Shown: positions 38,863-47,686, numbered from the stretch's first letter. The stretch is DNA of 64,000 bases from Alphaproteobacteria bacterium (GCA_965279355.1 OZ257155.1:4616874-4680873); one strand, 5' to 3'. The notes: generated from the sequence alone by a model not told the origin. A program made the numbers and translations.

Positions 38863-38918
38863 AACCAATAAAAAATTCCGGTTTAGTTAAGCCGCTGTTC
38901 GGGCGTTGGGAGGCGTCC

Positions 38919-39527
38919 TTGCAAGCAGATCTGCAAACGATTGCCGACATTGCTGAAGAAGACCGCACGCGCGCTGAAATCTATGCGCTGCTGGGCCGGT
39001 TGCTGGCTGCGCCGCCCTCGGCGGAGTTGCTGAAGCTTGTCGCCTCCGTCAAGGGCGACGACACGGAACTCGGCGAGGCGCTCACGGCACTGGCGGCTTC
39101 CGCGCGCGGCATGGACCCGCAGCGCATCGCCGAGGAATATCACGCCGTGTTTCTCGGCGTGGCCCGCGGCGAACTGCTTCCGTACGCGTCCTATTATCTG
39201 ACCGGGTTTCTGCAGGCCAAGCCGCTCGCCAATCTGCGCGGCGACATGGCAAAGCTCGGCATCACGCGCTCCGAAAATACGAGCGACCCCGAAGATCACA
39301 TCGCCAGCCTGTGCGAGATGATGGCAGGCCTGATCACCGGCGTGTTTGATCGTGCCATCGATCTTGGCGAGCAGCATCGGTTCTTCGATGCACATGTCGC
39401 CCCCTGGGCGCCGAAGTTTTTCGCCGATCTCGAAGCCTCGAAATCGGCTGCCTTTTATATGCCGGTCGGCAAGCTCGGCCGGACATTCATGGACATTGAA
39501 ACGCAAGCGTTCGTGCTTGCAGCCTGA
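38919..39527 (+). CDS. TorD/DmsD-family redox-enzyme maturation chaperone
   Basis: 202 aa, helical, with an EYHAVFLG-type motif. The TTG start is preceded by GGGAGG. Confidence 0.7.
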   Translation: MQADLQTIADIAEEDRTRAEIYALLGRLLAAPPSAELLKLVASVKGDDTELGEALTALAASARGMDPQRIAEEYHAVFLGVARGELLPYASYYLTGFLQAKPLANLRGDMAKLGITRSENTSDPEDHIASLCEMMAGLITGVFDRAIDLGEQHRFFDAHVAPWAPKFFADLEASKSAAFYMPVGKLGRTFMDIETQAFVLAA

Positions 39528-39559
39528 TGAATACGACGCATCGCCAGAGGAGACCTGAG

Positions 39560-39763
39560 ATGACCGAAAAGACAACACCGCAGTCACCCACTCGGCGCGA
39601 GTTCTTCAAGACGGCCAGCCTTGGAACGGCCGCCGCGGCAGGGATTGCCGCTGGCGTCGTCTCGCCGGCACCGGTTGCGGCGGCGCAGACCGCGGACACG
39701 GGTGCTGGCTATCGCGAGACCGAACACGTGAAGCGCTATTACGACCTGGCGAAAAAATTCTAA
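39560..39763 (+). CDS. small Tat-signal protein of FDH loci (formate dehydrogenase region TAT target)
   Basis: Twin-arginine motif SPTRREFFKTASLG. 67 aa. SD AGAGGAG before the ATG at 39560. Confidence 0.75.
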   Translation: MTEKTTPQSPTRREFFKTASLGTAAAAGIAAGVVSPAPVAAAQTADTGAGYRETEHVKRYYDLAKKF

Positions 39764-39778
39764 TCGGGAGACGAAACG

Positions 39779-42700
39779 ATGCTCACCCGGAAATCCTCTG
39801 TCTCGACGAACGGCACCCGCCTCAGCAAGGCATTCACTGCCAGCGCCGGAGGTGCCGCCGTCGATCGCCGCACCTTCCTTCGCCGGTCCGGTCTTGCCGC
39901 CGGCGGTCTCGCCGCTGCGTCGGGCCTGGCACTCGGCACGGTGAAACGCGCAGACGCACAGGCGCCCCGCGCCGCGTCTGGCGAGGTGAAGCTGGTGAAG
40001 AACACCTGCACGCACTGCTCGGTCGGCTGCACGGTCACCGCCGAAGTCGTAAACGGCGTGTGGATCAGCCAGGAACCAACCTTTGAATCGCCGATCAATC
40101 TCGGGGCGCATTGCGCCAAGGGTGCCGCGCTCCGTGAAGTCTGCGTCGGCGAGCGCCGCTTGAAATATCCGATGAAGCTCGAAGGCGGGCAGTGGAAGCG
40201 GATGAGCTGGGAACAGGCGATCAACGAAGTCGGCGACAAGATGCTGAAGATTCGGGAGGCTTCGGGGCCAGACTCGGTCTACTGGTTGGGCTCCGCGAAG
40301 TTCACCAATGAAGGTGCCTATTGGTTCCGCAAATTCGCGGCATTCTGGGGCACCAACAACGTCGATCATCAGGCGCGCATCTGCCATTCGACGACGGTGT
40401 CGGGCGTCGGCCAGACCTTCGGGTATGGCGCGATGACCAACAGCTATAACGATATCCAGAACAGCCGTTCGATCTTCCTGATCGGCTCGAATGCGGCGGA
40501 AGCGCATCCGGTGTCGCTGCTGCACATGCTGCGCGGCAAGGAAAACAACAACGCGCCGTTCATCGTCTGCGACCCGCGCTTTACCCGCACGGCCGCGCAT
40601 TCGACCGAACATGTGCGGATGCGTCCCGGCACCGATATTGCGCTGATCTGGGGCATCCTCTGGCACACGTTCGAGAATGGCTGGGAGGACAAGGACTACA
40701 TTGCCAAGCGCGTCTACGGCATGGACGACGTCCGCAAGGAAGTCGCCAAGTACACGCCCACGGAAGTGGAGCGCATCACCGGCGTGCCCGGCGCCCAGCT
40801 TCGTCGCGTCGCGCAGACCCTCGCCAACAACCGACCCTTCACCATCATCTGGTGCATGGGTGGTACGCAGCACACTGTCGGGTCGGCTAATGTGCGCGCG
40901 TACTGTGTTCTCGGTCTGGCGCACGGCACGATTGGAACCTCGGGCGGCGGCGCCAACATCTATCGCGGCCATTGCAACGTGCAGGGCGCGACCGACATGG
41001 GTGTCGAGCCGATCACCCTGCCGGCCTATTACGGTCTCGCCGAAGGTTCGTGGCGCCACTGGAGCCGGGTGTGGAATGTCAACTACGACTACATGCTGGG
41101 ACGGTTCGGTTCGAAGGCGTTGATGGAAGCGCCTGGTATCCCGGAATCGCGCTGGCACGACGGCGTGCTCGAGAAAAAGGAAAATCTCGAACAGCCCAAT
41201 AATCTGAAGGCGATGGTGTTCTGGGGCCATGGCGCCAATACGCAGACCCGCGGCCCGGATGCCAAGAAGGCAATGGACAAGGTTGACATGCTGGTCGTGA
41301 TCGATCCGCATCCGATCCAGGTTGCGGCGATGTCCGACCGCAAGGACGGCATTTACCTGCTGCCGGCCGCCTCGGCGCTGGAGCAGGATGGATCGCGCAC
41401 CGCGTCCAACCGGTCTCTTCAGTGGGGCTACAAGATTGTCGACCCGATCTTCGAATCGAAGAAGGACCTCGACATCATGCATATGTTCGCGAAGAAGTTC
41501 GGCTTCGTGGACGAGATGTTCAAGAACGTGAAGGTCGAGAACGGCAGCGTTCTGGCCGAAGACGTGCTGCGCGAGCTGAACGCGGGGTCGCTGACGATCG
41601 GTTATTCGGGTCAGTCGCCGGAGCGGCTCAAGCTGCACATGGCGAACCAGAAGGATTTCGATCCGAAGACGATGACGGCGAAGTCGGGTCCCTGCGCCGG
41701 CGACAGCTACGGCCTGCCGTGGCCGTGCTGGGGCACGGCGGAGCACAAACATCCGGGCACACCGATCCTCTACGATCCCTCGAAGGCTGTGAAAGACGGC
41801 GGCCTGAATTTCCGTGCCTTGTTCACGGAATATCAGGGCACCAGCCTGCTCGCGGAAAATTCGTATCCGCTTGGCGCCGAGATCAAGGACGGGCATCCGC
41901 AGTTCACCTACGGCATGCTCAAGAGGCTCGGTTGGGACAAGGATCTGACAGCTGCGGAAAAGGAAACCATCGAGCGGATCGGCGGTGCCAATCCGGATGC
42001 AGTTGCCTGGAGCACGGACCTTTCGGCCGGCATCATCCGGGTCGCGATCCTTCATGGTTGCGCGCCGTTTGGAAACGGCAAGGCGCGGGCGAATGTCTGG
42101 AACTTCCCGGACCCGATCCCGACGCATCGCGAACCGCTCTACGCGCCGGATCGCCAGATGGTCTCGAAGTATCCGACTTACGCGGATCGCAAGAGCCATC
42201 GCCTGCCGATCAAGTTCAAGTCCATCCAGGACGTGGACTTCTCGAAGGACTACCCGATCGTCCTCACCTCCGGCCGCCTGGTCGAATACGAAGGCGGTGG
42301 CGACGAGACACGGTCGAACAAGTGGCTCGCCGAGTTGCAGCAGGAAATGTTCATCGAGGTGAACCCGGTGGACGCGGCCGCCAAGGGCATCAAGAACTGG
42401 GACTTCGTCTGGGTGTACAGCCCGAACAGCAGGGACCTGGTCTACGGGGACGATCCGAAGCAGCCGGTCCGGCTCAAGGTGCGCGCGATGCTGACCGAGC
42501 GTGTCGGCAAAGGCGTTGCCTGGATGCCGTTCCATTTCGCTGGCTGGTGGATGGGCGAGGACCGTCGTCACCGCTATCCGGCGGGCACCGATCCCATCGT
42601 GCTCGGCGAGGCGGTCAATACCGGCCTTACCTACGGTTACGATCCTGTCACGCAGATGCAGGAAACCAAGACCTCGCTCTGCCGCATTGAGAAAGTCTGA
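39779..42700 (+). CDS. fdhA: formate dehydrogenase catalytic subunit (Mo/W-bisPGD, Cys type), Tat-exported
   Basis: Tat motif DRRTFLRRSG. FS0 cluster CTHCSVGC. Active-site region ARICHSTTV has Cys where FdnG has Sec. No in-frame TGA. Confidence 0.95.
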   Translation: MLTRKSSVSTNGTRLSKAFTASAGGAAVDRRTFLRRSGLAAGGLAAASGLALGTVKRADAQAPRAASGEVKLVKNTCTHCSVGCTVTAEVVNGVWISQEPTFESPINLGAHCAKGAALREVCVGERRLKYPMKLEGGQWKRMSWEQAINEVGDKMLKIREASGPDSVYWLGSAKFTNEGAYWFRKFAAFWGTNNVDHQARICHSTTVSGVGQTFGYGAMTNSYNDIQNSRSIFLIGSNAAEAHPVSLLHMLRGKENNNAPFIVCDPRFTRTAAHSTEHVRMRPGTDIALIWGILWHTFENGWEDKDYIAKRVYGMDDVRKEVAKYTPTEVERITGVPGAQLRRVAQTLANNRPFTIIWCMGGTQHTVGSANVRAYCVLGLAHGTIGTSGGGANIYRGHCNVQGATDMGVEPITLPAYYGLAEGSWRHWSRVWNVNYDYMLGRFGSKALMEAPGIPESRWHDGVLEKKENLEQPNNLKAMVFWGHGANTQTRGPDAKKAMDKVDMLVVIDPHPIQVAAMSDRKDGIYLLPAASALEQDGSRTASNRSLQWGYKIVDPIFESKKDLDIMHMFAKKFGFVDEMFKNVKVENGSVLAEDVLRELNAGSLTIGYSGQSPERLKLHMANQKDFDPKTMTAKSGPCAGDSYGLPWPCWGTAEHKHPGTPILYDPSKAVKDGGLNFRALFTEYQGTSLLAENSYPLGAEIKDGHPQFTYGMLKRLGWDKDLTAAEKETIERIGGANPDAVAWSTDLSAGIIRVAILHGCAPFGNGKARANVWNFPDPIPTHREPLYAPDRQMVSKYPTYADRKSHRLPIKFKSIQDVDFSKDYPIVLTSGRLVEYEGGGDETRSNKWLAELQQEMFIEVNPVDAAAKGIKNWDFVWVYSPNSRDLVYGDDPKQPVRLKVRAMLTERVGKGVAWMPFHFAGWWMGEDRRHRYPAGTDPIVLGEAVNTGLTYGYDPVTQMQETKTSLCRIEKV

Positions 42701-42714
42701 GGGGAGACACAGCC

Positions 42715-43311
42715 ATGGCAAGAATGAAGTTCCTCCTCGACGCCGAGCGTTGCATCGAGTGCAACGCCTGCGTCACCGCCTGCAAAAACGAACACGAGGT
42801 GCCGTGGGGCATCAATCGCCGCCGCGTGGTGACGATCAACGACGGCAAGCCCGGCGAGCGTTCGATCTCGATGGCCTGCATGCACTGCACGGATGCGCCG
42901 TGCATGGCGGTCTGCCCGGTCGACTGCTTCTATAAAACGGCAGACGGTGTGGTCCTTCACTCCAAGGACCTCTGCATCGGCTGCGGCTACTGCTTCTACG
43001 CCTGCCCGTTCGGAGCGCCGCAATATCCGCAGGCCGGCAATTTCGGCACGCGCGGCAAGATGGACAAGTGCACCTTCTGCGCCGGCGGCCCGGAGGCCGA
43101 CAATTCGGAAGCGGAGCGCGCCAAGTACGGCCGCAACCGCGTCGCGGAAGGCAAACTGCCTCTCTGCGCCGAGATGTGCTCGACCAAGGCGCTGCTGGCT
43201 GGTGACGGCGATGTCATCGCGGGTATCTATCGCGAGCGTACCGTCACGCGCGGTTACGGCTCCGGGGCCTGGGGTTGGGGCACGGCCTACGGCGACGGAT
43301 CGCGTTCGTAA
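42715..43311 (+). CDS. fdhB: formate dehydrogenase iron-sulfur subunit
   Basis: Four ferredoxin-type Cys motifs (CIECNACVTAC, CMHCTDAPC, CIGCGYCFYAC, CTFC). No C-terminal TM anchor. Confidence 0.9.
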   Translation: MARMKFLLDAERCIECNACVTACKNEHEVPWGINRRRVVTINDGKPGERSISMACMHCTDAPCMAVCPVDCFYKTADGVVLHSKDLCIGCGYCFYACPFGAPQYPQAGNFGTRGKMDKCTFCAGGPEADNSEAERAKYGRNRVAEGKLPLCAEMCSTKALLAGDGDVIAGIYRERTVTRGYGSGAWGWGTAYGDGSRS

Positions 43312-43373
43312 GGACTTCCGGGAGAAGGCGGGCTTCAACCCGCCTTCTTTCATTCGGTTTGGGGGACTGGTAG

Positions 43374-43586
43374 ATGGCGGCAACGATGCAAGAAAGTTCA
43401 AATAAATGGATCGGGTGGGTGTTGCTCATCCTGTTGGTCATTTCGGCGCTGGCGTTTTCGATGCGCGACAATCGTCTTCGGGATGGCCAGATCGGCAGTT
43501 ATCAGGGCCGCATGGTCAATGACGGGCAATTGCCGGCGGAACGGCAGCGGGAGATCGCGAACCGCGTCGGTGTCCAGCGTTACTGA
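43374..43586 (+). CDS. possible small single-TM protein between FDH beta and gamma
   Basis: 70-aa ORF with the helix WIGWVLLILLVISALAFS. No known motif. Confidence 0.35.
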   Translation: MAATMQESSNKWIGWVLLILLVISALAFSMRDNRLRDGQIGSYQGRMVNDGQLPAERQREIANRVGVQRY

Positions 43587-43617
43587 TCCAAAACCGCATC
43601 AAAGAAGGAATATCGCC

Positions 43618-44637
43618 ATGACGAGCTTTCTTGGGCGAAGGAACATTGTCGATGGGCTGCGCGCTTTTGCGCTGATTGCCTTCCTGGCCTTCGGTGCCGG
43701 GACCGCGTTGGCGCAGGCGCCGGCAGAACTGTCTCGGGATACGAATCCAACTGCCCGCCCGATGACCGGGCTAACGGCGTCGTCGGAAGCTGAAATGCTT
43801 CGGGCGCTGCAGGGCGTTCAGGGCAGTGTAACGATTCCGGACCGCAAGGCGGGAACACTGGTTCAGCCGCAGGGTCGCGACTGGCGGGATTCGATCCGTG
43901 GCTCGGTCGCCGTCTGGGGCGCCTGGTTTGTGCTCGGCATGCTGTGCGTGCTGATCGCGTTCTACATGCTTCGCGGGACCATCATGATCGAAGGCGGTCG
44001 CTCCGGCCGGACCATCGAACGTTTCAACGCGACGGAACGCCTTGTCCACTGGCTCACCGCCAGTTCGTTCGTGGTGCTGGCGATCACCGGACTCAATGTC
44101 GCGTACGGCCGGTACCTTTTGCTACCGATCCTCGGACCCGACGGATTTTCGTCATGGTCGATCGCGGCCAAGTGGGCGCATAACTTCGTGGCGTTCCCGT
44201 TCATGATCGGCATCGCGCTGATGCTGTTCATCTGGGTCGCCCAAAACATTCCCAATCGTTACGACCTCGAATGGATCAAGCAGGGCGGCGGGATGTTCAC
44301 GCGCGGCGCGCATCCGCCCGCCCGCAAGTTCAACGCCGGACAGAAAGTCATTTTCTGGTCGGTGATCATCGGCGGAACCGTGATCAGTTTCTCGGGGCTT
44401 TATCTGCTGTTCCCGTTCTACTTCGGCGGCATGGACAATCAGCAGTTCATGGTCATTCTGCACTCCATTGTCAGCCTGATCCTGGTCGCCATCATTCTCG
44501 CGCATATCTATATCGGTACGCTCGGGATGGAGGGCGCATGGGATGCCATGTACACCGGCGAGGTCGACGAGCGCTGGGCGCGCGACCATCACGGCGTATG
44601 GGTTGCCGAGATGAAGGGCGGCCGCGGCGACGACTAA
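43618..44637 (+). CDS. fdhC: formate dehydrogenase cytochrome b (gamma) subunit with an N-terminal periplasmic extension
   Basis: Signal peptide, then four TM helices with conserved His residues (VHWLTA, AHNFVAF, LHSIVS, AHIYIG). Confidence 0.85.
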   Translation: MTSFLGRRNIVDGLRAFALIAFLAFGAGTALAQAPAELSRDTNPTARPMTGLTASSEAEMLRALQGVQGSVTIPDRKAGTLVQPQGRDWRDSIRGSVAVWGAWFVLGMLCVLIAFYMLRGTIMIEGGRSGRTIERFNATERLVHWLTASSFVVLAITGLNVAYGRYLLLPILGPDGFSSWSIAAKWAHNFVAFPFMIGIALMLFIWVAQNIPNRYDLEWIKQGGGMFTRGAHPPARKFNAGQKVIFWSVIIGGTVISFSGLYLLFPFYFGGMDNQQFMVILHSIVSLILVAIILAHIYIGTLGMEGAWDAMYTGEVDERWARDHHGVWVAEMKGGRGDD

Positions 44638-44648
44638 CCAAAGGGCGG

Positions 44649-44668
44649 CCCGGGTGCTTGCACCCGGG
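44649..44668 (+). other. GC-rich stem-loop (CCCGGGTGC-TT-GCACCCGGG) between the FDH gamma and WD40 genes
   Basis: 9-bp perfect inverted repeat. No following U-tract. Confidence 0.4.
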
Positions 44669-44678
44669 TCGGTTCCCG

Positions 44679-45656
44679 ATGTCACGATTTCGCTTTCTGA
44701 CATTTCTGATCGGACCCGCTGCGGCGGGTTTTTTCGTTTCTGTCGCTCCGATCCCAGCGGTCCATGCCGAGATGACCGGCCATGGCGCGATTGTCAATGC
44801 GATTGCGGTCTCCCCTGACGGGAAACAGGTTCTCTCCGCGAGCTGGGACTACACGGTCCGTCTTTGGGATCTCGCGACACAGAAGGAAATCGCCGTCCTG
44901 GAAGATCACCGGGCGAGCGTGAACGGCATCGTGTTCCTGCCGGGCGGGAAACAGGGCCTCTCGGCGAGCTGGGATTCGACACTTAAATTGTGGGACCTGG
45001 CCGACGGCAAGGTGATCCGTACCTTCAACGGCCACGCCAACAATGTCAGCAGCGCCGCGGTGACCCGCGACGGGACCCGCGCCGCTTCAGGCGGCTGGGA
45101 TCGCACGGTACGGGTCTGGGATATCGCGACTGGTCAGGAGCGCCGCAGGCTGGAAGGCCATCAGGCCAATGTGATGGGCGTTGCATTCCTGCCCGACGGG
45201 CGGCGGTTGTTATCCTCAAGCTACGATCTGAAGCTCAAGCTCTGGGACACCGAGACCGGTGAAGAGCTGGCGACGCTCGAAGGCCACACGAACAGCGTGA
45301 ACGGCATCGCGATCTCCGCGGACGGGAAACGCGCGATGTCCGCCAGCACCGACAGCACGGTGCGGGTCTGGGACCTGGACGAGAAGAAGGAGCTCGCGGT
45401 CCTCGAAGGGCATACCGGCTTCGTCATTGCGGTGGCGATTTCGCCGGATGGAAAGTTTGCGCTGTCCGGGGGCGGCGACCGGATCATGCGGCTGTGGGAT
45501 CTGGGAACAGGCCGGGCCGTGCGCAGCTTCGCCGGTCATCGCCGGCCGATCTGGTCGGTGGCCTTCACGCCGGATGGGCGCCGCGCCCTCTCGGCGGGCC
45601 ATGACGAGACGATTAAGGTCTGGGACGTCGCGACGGGAAACGAGATCAACCCGTGA
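44679..45656 (+). CDS. secreted seven-bladed WD40 beta-propeller protein
   Basis: Signal peptide MSRFRFLTFLIGPAAAGFFVSVAPIPAVHA. Seven very regular ~42-aa repeats (GH...V..VA.SPDGK...S.S.D.T.RLWDL). Confidence 0.85.
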   Translation: MSRFRFLTFLIGPAAAGFFVSVAPIPAVHAEMTGHGAIVNAIAVSPDGKQVLSASWDYTVRLWDLATQKEIAVLEDHRASVNGIVFLPGGKQGLSASWDSTLKLWDLADGKVIRTFNGHANNVSSAAVTRDGTRAASGGWDRTVRVWDIATGQERRRLEGHQANVMGVAFLPDGRRLLSSSYDLKLKLWDTETGEELATLEGHTNSVNGIAISADGKRAMSASTDSTVRVWDLDEKKELAVLEGHTGFVIAVAISPDGKFALSGGGDRIMRLWDLGTGRAVRSFAGHRRPIWSVAFTPDGRRALSAGHDETIKVWDVATGNEINP

Positions 45657-45753
45657 CCGCTGCCGTCTGAGGCAGACGCGCAAACATCTCCGCTCAATAT
45701 AAGGTCGTGGCGGACCCGGTCGAGTCCGCAAGCCGCACAATCGAAATCAGTGT

Positions 45754-45879
45754 TTAGAGGCGGACGCTATTCGGAGCGCTGTAACGCTCGGTCGCCGACT
45801 GCTGCATCGTGCCGAGCCACATGCTGGCGCCAAAGGCCAAGACCACCATGGCGGCGATGCCAAGAATAATTGCCTTCAT
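45754..45879 (-). CDS. possible 41-aa small membrane protein downstream of cytochrome c
   Basis: ATG preceded by GGGAGGAG. MKAIILGIAAMVVLAFGASMWLG helix. Below the ORF-track cut-off. Confidence 0.4.
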   Translation of the reverse strand: MKAIILGIAAMVVLAFGASMWLGTMQQSATERYSAPNSVRL

Positions 45880-45961
45880 CTGCTCCTCCCAAAGCCGACG
45901 ACGACGCGACCCGCGCCATTACGAGCAGCAGTCTATCCGAATCGGCCGTTAAATCAAGCCG

Positions 45962-46333
45962 TTAACCGCCGGTTGCCTGTTTGAGATAGGCAATGAGATT
46001 GGCCCGGTCCTGGTCGAGTGATAGCCCTCCGTACATCTTGGTTCCGGGCAGGAATGCCTCGGCATCCTTCAGATAGGCGTCGAGCGTCTGGTCGTTCCAG
46101 ATGACCCCCGACTGCTTCAGGGCCTCGGAATAGCGGTAGTCCGGCACGGAGCCGGCCACCCGGCCAAACAGGCCGTGGAGGCGGGGGCCGACGCGATTGC
46201 GGCCGTTGGCTTCCAGGGTGTGGCAGGCCACGCATTTGCGGAAGAGCTGCTCGCCCTGGGCGTGGTCCTGGGCGGCGGCCGGTTGGGCGACAAGCGCCGC
46301 GCCAAGACCCGCGAGGAGGAGGGATGTCCGCAT
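45962..46333 (-). CDS. class I c-type cytochrome (c2/c550-like)
   Basis: Signal peptide. Haem motif CVACH. Distal PGTKM. Confidence 0.9.
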   Translation of the reverse strand: MRTSLLLAGLGAALVAQPAAAQDHAQGEQLFRKCVACHTLEANGRNRVGPRLHGLFGRVAGSVPDYRYSEALKQSGVIWNDQTLDAYLKDAEAFLPGTKMYGGLSLDQDRANLIAYLKQATGG

Positions 46334-46425
46334 GGGGCGATTGTGCCGACCCTGTTGTTCCGCGCAAGCGGCTTGAAAATGGCGCGGCGGCGGGCGACCC
46401 TCCCTCCGATTTCGAAGGGAGGGAC

Positions 46426-47073
46426 ATGGCTCAGGATCTTGATCTCGCAGAGATTGTTGCCGCGCGGATCTGTCACGATCTGGTCGGTCCCGTCGGCGCT
46501 GTTTCGAACGGTATCGAGCTGATGGGCGACGGATCGGCGCCCGATCCCGAGGTCACGGCGCTGATCGCGGTTTCGGCCCAGCAGGCTGCGGCGCGTCTGC
46601 AGGCCTTTCGTGTCGCATTCGGTAGCGGCAACGCATTGCCGGCGGGGAGCATGTTTGCCGAGGTGCGCCGTCTGGCGACGGCTCTCTTCGATGGCGATCG
46701 CGTCAAACTCGACTGGCCGGCACCGGATGGCGCGATCGAGGCCGCGGCGACGCGTCCCGCCGCCAAACTGGCCCTCAATCTGACCATGATGGGAATGGAG
46801 GCCCTGCCGCGCGGCGGGACGGTGCAGGTTCAGCAGAAAGCGGCCGGGGATCGGCTGACGATGACGGTCGTTGCGGCAGGGAAGGGCGCCAAATTGCCCG
46901 ATGAGCTGCTGCCTGCGGTAGAAGGCAAGGTGACATTGGCCGACGTGACGCCGCGTACGGTGTCGGGTTTTATTCTCGCGCGCCTGACGTCGGATATCGG
47001 CGGCACGCTGGTTGTAAAGGCGATCGGCCCGGACCGCCTCGATCTGATCGCGGATGTTCCGTTGCCGCGTTAG
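46426..47073 (+). CDS. chpT: histidine phosphotransferase ChpT
   Basis: N-terminal LAEIVAARICHDLVGPVGAVSNGIELM and a degenerate HK-like C-terminal domain. SD GGGAGGG before the ATG. Confidence 0.85.
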   Translation: MAQDLDLAEIVAARICHDLVGPVGAVSNGIELMGDGSAPDPEVTALIAVSAQQAAARLQAFRVAFGSGNALPAGSMFAEVRRLATALFDGDRVKLDWPAPDGAIEAAATRPAAKLALNLTMMGMEALPRGGTVQVQQKAAGDRLTMTVVAAGKGAKLPDELLPAVEGKVTLADVTPRTVSGFILARLTSDIGGTLVVKAIGPDRLDLIADVPLPR

Positions 47074-47140
47074 CGGCGTCCCTATTTCGGGGCCGCATTT
47101 TACCGGTTCCTTAAGGTCGTCCTGTCATCGTCCTTTGACG

Positions 47141-47686
47141 ATGGATGATGTCCTGTCCGAATTCCTGATCGAGTCCACCGGTCAATTGGCAAAACTGGAA
47201 CTGCTGCCGATGCGGCTGGCGCTGTCCGCGGGCCAGCCGGAGGCCGTCGAGGAATTGCTGCGATTTGTCGATACGGTCGCCTCGTCCTGCAGTTTTGTCG
47301 GGCTGCGCCGGCTGCGGGCGCTGGCCCAGTCGACGGAAGGCGCGCTGCGCGCCGGATATAGCCGGGATGTGCCGATTGGGCGCGATGTCCTGCAGGGTGT
47401 TCGCGACGCCCTGGACCGGATTCGGGCACAGCTCACGCATATTGAAAAAGCCGGGGTGGAAGCGCACGGCGATGACCGCGATCTGCTGGTGCGGCTGCAG
47501 GATCTGACGCTATGCGCCGGGACGGGGGCTGCGCTTATGCCATCGCAGGGCGCGATTTCAGATATCGCAGCGTGGAAGCGCGCCAACCCGAAGCCGGAAC
47601 GGCCGGAGAAATTCCCGGAAAACGCAGGCCAGAAAACAGAAGCGCCGTCTGGCCCGACAGTGTTGTCGGGCCAGACGGCGCCTTGA
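47141..47686 (+). CDS. CheA-P1/HPt-like protein lacking the phospho-accepting His
   Basis: N-terminus MDDVLSEFLIESTGQLAKLE. At the position of the HPt motif (xAHxIKG) it reads RFVDTVASS. The first His is at residue 100. Confidence 0.55.
   Translation: MDDVLSEFLIESTGQLAKLELLPMRLALSAGQPEAVEELLRFVDTVASSCSFVGLRRLRALAQSTEGALRAGYSRDVPIGRDVLQGVRDALDRIRAQLTHIEKAGVEAHGDDRDLLVRLQDLTLCAGTGAALMPSQGAISDIAAWKRANPKPERPEKFPENAGQKTEAPSGPTVLSGQTAP

Noticed and set aside
39779-42700. Selenocysteine (in-frame TGA plus SECIS) in the formate dehydrogenase
   Set aside because: The reading frame is uninterrupted. The active-site position is a Cys codon (ARICHSTTV), so no recoding is needed.
39584-42721. 1045-aa ORF on the minus strand spanning the whole formate dehydrogenase alpha gene
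   Set aside because: It is a mirror ORF typical of GC-rich DNA. The product is Arg/His/Gly/Ala-rich with no motifs, whereas the plus-strand frame has unmistakable FDH motifs (Tat signal, CTHCSVGC, ARICHSTTV).
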